Assembly (NCBI GenBank): GCA_965207885.1
Contig: OZ242311.1
Coordinates: 1,920,001-1,984,000, forward strand
Direction of reading: 5' to 3'
Source of the DNA: Candidatus Latescibacterota bacterium
GTDB lineage: Bacteria; Latescibacterota; UBA2968
DNA: 64,000 bases
How positions within the stretch are numbered: position 1 is the stretch's first letter; each line of letters opens with the position of its first letter. Made by a program: the position numbers and the translations under genes. Shown piece by piece: positions 60,636 to 64,000 of this stretch. The notes beneath the pieces were generated by a model. That model saw only the letters and a list, made by a program, of their open reading frames with translations, was not told where the DNA came from and did no database searches.

Positions 60636-61859
60636 TTACCAACTGTTTAGTAAAATGAGGTCTAATTCAGTGCCCGCATGCACATGGGCATCTTCGGCAT
60701 TGACCACGAATAAGCTGTTTGCGCGGGCCATTGAAAATAGATCCGCCGAGCCGTGGTGCCCGACCCAGGTGCTTTTCCATACGCCGTTTTTGCCCTGAAC
60801 ACTGTGCGCGGGTACAAATTGCTTTCGTCCGGGTGTTTGTCGAAAGTCGGCGTTGAGCACTGTGCGGACCGTGGGAAGGTGCAGATCTGTCAGGCACTGC
60901 ATTTTTCTGATCGCAGGGCGCATGAGCAGTTCCAGGCCGACCACAGAGGATACCGGATTGCCGGGCAGTCCAAATACCTGTCGCGCACCTTTTACGCCAA
61001 ATGTTAGGGGTTTGCCGGGTTTCATGCGGATGCGGTCAAATAGCACTTCGACACCCAGATCTCGCATGCCGTCTTGTACCAGGTCGTATTCACCAGCAGA
61101 GACGCCGCCCGAAAGGGCGACTATATCACAGGTCTCCAGGCCTTTGCCGATGGTTTGTATCAACGCATGGATGTCGTCTTCTACAATGCCGAGATAACGC
61201 GCCTGCGCCCCCGAGCGCAGGACTTGGGCTACCATCGAGTACCCATTGCTGTTTCGAATTTGTCCGGGTTTGGGTTTGTGGTGTGGTTCCACTACTTCGC
61301 TGCCGGTTGCCACAATGCCGACTATTGGTTGGCGATAGACCTCGACATGGACATGTCCCACAGCGGCGAGAATGCCGACTTCGGGGGGGCGTATGACTGT
61401 GTTGGCCTGTAATACCACCTGTTTGACGCGCACATCTTCGCCGAGGCGGGCGATATTTCTGCCTGTTTCCGTGGTGTCGAGCACGCGCACTTTTTGGGCA
61501 TCTGCGTGTGGTTCTGTATCTTCGACCATAATTACCGTGTCTGCGCCATCGGGTACAGGTGCGCCTGTCATAATTTGAGAGGCTTGCCCGCATTCCACGC
61601 GTTTTTGCGGTACTGTGCCCGCTGGAATCTCTTCGATTACATCGAGTATGACCGGTGTATTACTGGATGCGGATGCGATATCTGCTCCCTGAAGGGCATA
61701 ACCATCCATAAGGGCTTTGTCAAAGGGGGGCATGTCGATATCTGAGCATACGTCTTCGGATAAAACGCGCCCGAGCACATCGTTCAATCCAACGTGGGTT
61801 TTGTCAATTGTCCGGGTATTTTCCAGTACTATGCGAATGGCGTCGTCCATTTCAATCAT
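60636..61859 (-). CDS. moeA: Molybdopterin molybdotransferase
   Basis: PPFDKALMDGYA, IMTGAPVP, GQIRNSN, SGGVSAG, MKPGKP, LPGNPVS. Confidence 0.96.
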   Translation of the reverse strand: MIEMDDAIRIVLENTRTIDKTHVGLNDVLGRVLSEDVCSDIDMPPFDKALMDGYALQGADIASASSNTPVILDVIEEIPAGTVPQKRVECGQASQIMTGAPVPDGADTVIMVEDTEPHADAQKVRVLDTTETGRNIARLGEDVRVKQVVLQANTVIRPPEVGILAAVGHVHVEVYRQPIVGIVATGSEVVEPHHKPKPGQIRNSNGYSMVAQVLRSGAQARYLGIVEDDIHALIQTIGKGLETCDIVALSGGVSAGEYDLVQDGMRDLGVEVLFDRIRMKPGKPLTFGVKGARQVFGLPGNPVSSVVGLELLMRPAIRKMQCLTDLHLPTVRTVLNADFRQTPGRKQFVPAHSVQGKNGVWKSTWVGHHGSADLFSMARANSLFVVNAEDAHVHAGTELDLILLNSW

Positions 61860-61990
61860 AACTTTACTCCTTGTTTTATTTTCATTAATCGCGCATAATA
61901 TACGTAAACTTGCCCGAAGTATCTGAGATTTTTTTGTATTTTTTTATGGGAAAATCGTGATAGAGTGTATCTTAAACTATGAGGAGCAAT

Positions 61991-62710
61991 ATGTCCAAGA
62001 CAGCAATTATTACTGGCGCAGGCACCGGAATTGGTGCGAGTATTGCCATTGCATTTGCCGAAGCGGGCTATAATCTCGCGCTCGTGGGACGGCGCGTAGA
62101 ACCCCTTGAAGAAACGGCAAGGCAATGCGGCTCTGCCAATATCGAGATCTGCGCTGCCGATGTTGCCGACCGCCAGGCGGTTCAATTGCTTGCCGAACAA
62201 ACGGTCGCGGCATTTGGTCGCATCGATATTTTAGTGAACAACGCGGGTATCAATACCAAAAAACGCCACTTGAACGATATTGCGGATGAAGACTGGGACC
62301 GCGTTATGGAGATCAATCTCACGGGTGCTTTTAATGCGTTTCGCGCTGTTTTGCCACACATGAAAGTGCAAAATGACGGTCTGGTTATCAATATTTCATC
62401 TATGGCTGGCAAAAGAGCGGGTATGATCAGTGGTGTGGCTTATTGCGCGTCCAAATTTGGCATGGCCGCGCTGAATCAATCAATCAATGTCGAGTTTCGA
62501 GAGGAGGGCATTCGCGCCTGCTGTATTTATCCCGGCGAAGTCGATACTCCTATCTTAGACCACCGCCCCAATCCCGTTTCAGATGAAAAACGCGCCGCCG
62601 CTCTTTTGCCCGAAGACATTGCCGCCGCCGCATTTATGGTCGCCCAGATGCCAGACCGCGTCATTGTCGAAGAAATTACCATTTTCCCACGCCATGTGGT
62701 CAGTAGATAG
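61991..62710 (+). CDS. Short-chain dehydrogenase/reductase
   Basis: TGAGTGIG, LVNNAG, YCASKFG. Confidence 0.92.
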   Translation: MSKTAIITGAGTGIGASIAIAFAEAGYNLALVGRRVEPLEETARQCGSANIEICAADVADRQAVQLLAEQTVAAFGRIDILVNNAGINTKKRHLNDIADEDWDRVMEINLTGAFNAFRAVLPHMKVQNDGLVINISSMAGKRAGMISGVAYCASKFGMAALNQSINVEFREEGIRACCIYPGEVDTPILDHRPNPVSDEKRAAALLPEDIAAAAFMVAQMPDRVIVEEITIFPRHVVSR

Positions 62711-62820
62711 ACGGAGCGGTGTATGATGGCGAGTAAATCGAGCATGACTAGCCGTATCTCAGAGTCTGCCCCACAAGTGGGTAATGTGGGGCCAGTTCAT
62801 ATCAGTAAGGATAAAATAAA

Positions 62821-64000
62821 ATGAAAACCGAAATTATTATTAATGTCGCTTCACACGAGTCGCGAATTGCCATCCTCGAAGATGGTCGGCTCGCAGAAAT
62901 TCTCGTTGAACGCGCTGAAAAAGAACGCATGGTTGGCGATATTTATCAGGGGGTTGTAACCGCTGTTCTGCCTGGCTTACAGGCAGGTTTTGTCGATATT
63001 GGGCAGGAAAAAGCGGCTTTTTTACACGTTTCTGATATGCCTGGCTCGCCCGGCTCAATGGTCGAACTCGACTCGGAAATTCTCGAGGATATCCGGGATC
63101 AGAGCAATGGGCAGGGCAAGTTCAATATTGATGAGCTTTTGTCCAGGGGGCAGGAAGTCATTGTGCAGATTAAAAAAGAGTCCATCAACACAAAAGGACC
63201 GCGCATTTCTGCTGTGCCGTCGCTTGCCGGTCGGTTTATGGTGCTTGTGCCCGATGGCGATAAAGTAGGCGTGTCTCGCAAAATTACCAATTGGCGTGAA
63301 AAGCGGCGCCTTCGAGATCTCGCGGGCAAGCTCAAGCCCGAGGGCTTTGGCCTTATCGTGCGCACCGAAGCCAATGGCAAAGGTGATCGGGAACTCGGGC
63401 GGGACCTCAAGCAGCTTTTGTCAACGTGGAAACGGCTTCAAAAACAGGGTAAAAAAAGCAGCGGCCCCAAATTGCTTTACAAAGAAGTGGGCATGACGTC
63501 TGGTCTCATCCGCGATTTGTTCACGGAGGATGTTCACCGCCTTGTCGTTGATTCAAAGCGCGAATACAAGCAAATTCAGGCATATCTCAAAGGGGTTTCA
63601 CCCGAGTTGCGCCGAACCGTCGAATACTACGGCGATACGCGACCGATTTTTGACGCTTTTGGCATTGAGGCTGAAATTGAAAAGCTCACCGAACGCAAAG
63701 TCTGGTTCAAAGGCGGTGGTTATCTGGTTATTGATCCGACAGAAGCGCTGGTTGCCATCGATGTCAACAGCGGGCGCAGCGTGGGCAAAGGGCGTGCCAA
63801 GCAGGATGAGACCGTGTTGAAGACCAATTTGGAGGCTGCCCGAGAGGTTGCCCGCCAACTCCGTTTGCGCGATATGGGCGGGCTTGTGGTTGTCGATTTT
63901 ATCGATATGGACCATGCGCGAGATCGCAAGCGCGTTGAAGATGAAATGCGTCAGGCTATTCGCCGTGACCGGTCCAAGATCCGGTATTCGCGGATTACAC
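62821..64000 (+). CDS. Rne/Rng-family ribonuclease (3' truncated; missing from the ORF track)
   Basis: MKTEIIINV..RIAILEDG, GDIYQGVVTAVLPGLQAGFVDIG, IDVNSG, TNLEAAREVARQLRLRDMGGLVVVDFIDM. Confidence 0.95.
   Translation, partial: MKTEIIINVASHESRIAILEDGRLAEILVERAEKERMVGDIYQGVVTAVLPGLQAGFVDIGQEKAAFLHVSDMPGSPGSMVELDSEILEDIRDQSNGQGKFNIDELLSRGQEVIVQIKKESINTKGPRISAVPSLAGRFMVLVPDGDKVGVSRKITNWREKRRLRDLAGKLKPEGFGLIVRTEANGKGDRELGRDLKQLLSTWKRLQKQGKKSSGPKLLYKEVGMTSGLIRDLFTEDVHRLVVDSKREYKQIQAYLKGVSPELRRTVEYYGDTRPIFDAFGIEAEIEKLTERKVWFKGGGYLVIDPTEALVAIDVNSGRSVGKGRAKQDETVLKTNLEAAREVARQLRLRDMGGLVVVDFIDMDHARDRKRVEDEMRQAIRRDRSKIRYSRIT

Overview
64 kb of bacterial chromosome with moderate GC. The dockerin/EF-hand-like + internalin LRR protein, plant-type LRR lipoprotein, sulfatases and PhyH dioxygenases suggest an FCB-group (Latescibacterota-like), possibly sponge-associated organism; this is inference only. 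The housekeeping backbone (prs, queC, hemJ, ssrA, argF, nrnA, ftsEX, surA, mfd, tRNA-Asp, ilvC, ahcY, metF, xth, tldD/pmbA, rsmB, sat, tRNA-Lys, moaC, moeA, RNase E/G) is interleaved with accessory catabolic genes, one IS3 element and four toxin-antitoxin-like loci, two of which have lost their toxin. The best candidate for an undescribed system is an XRE-HTH fused to a catalytically degenerate class III nucleotide-cyclase domain; it heads ahcY-metF and is preceded by three tandem 19-bp WCAAY-N9-ATTGT operator-like boxes. Also notable: an FtsE with mutated Walker A, signature and H-loop beside an EnvC-like protein lacking its LytM domain; an LRR gene whose 66-nt repeats vary combinatorially at binding-face codons; and a PIN nuclease paired with a large uncharacterised partner. 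No CRISPR array, rRNA or prophage was seen. All calls are from motif reading; no database searches were run.
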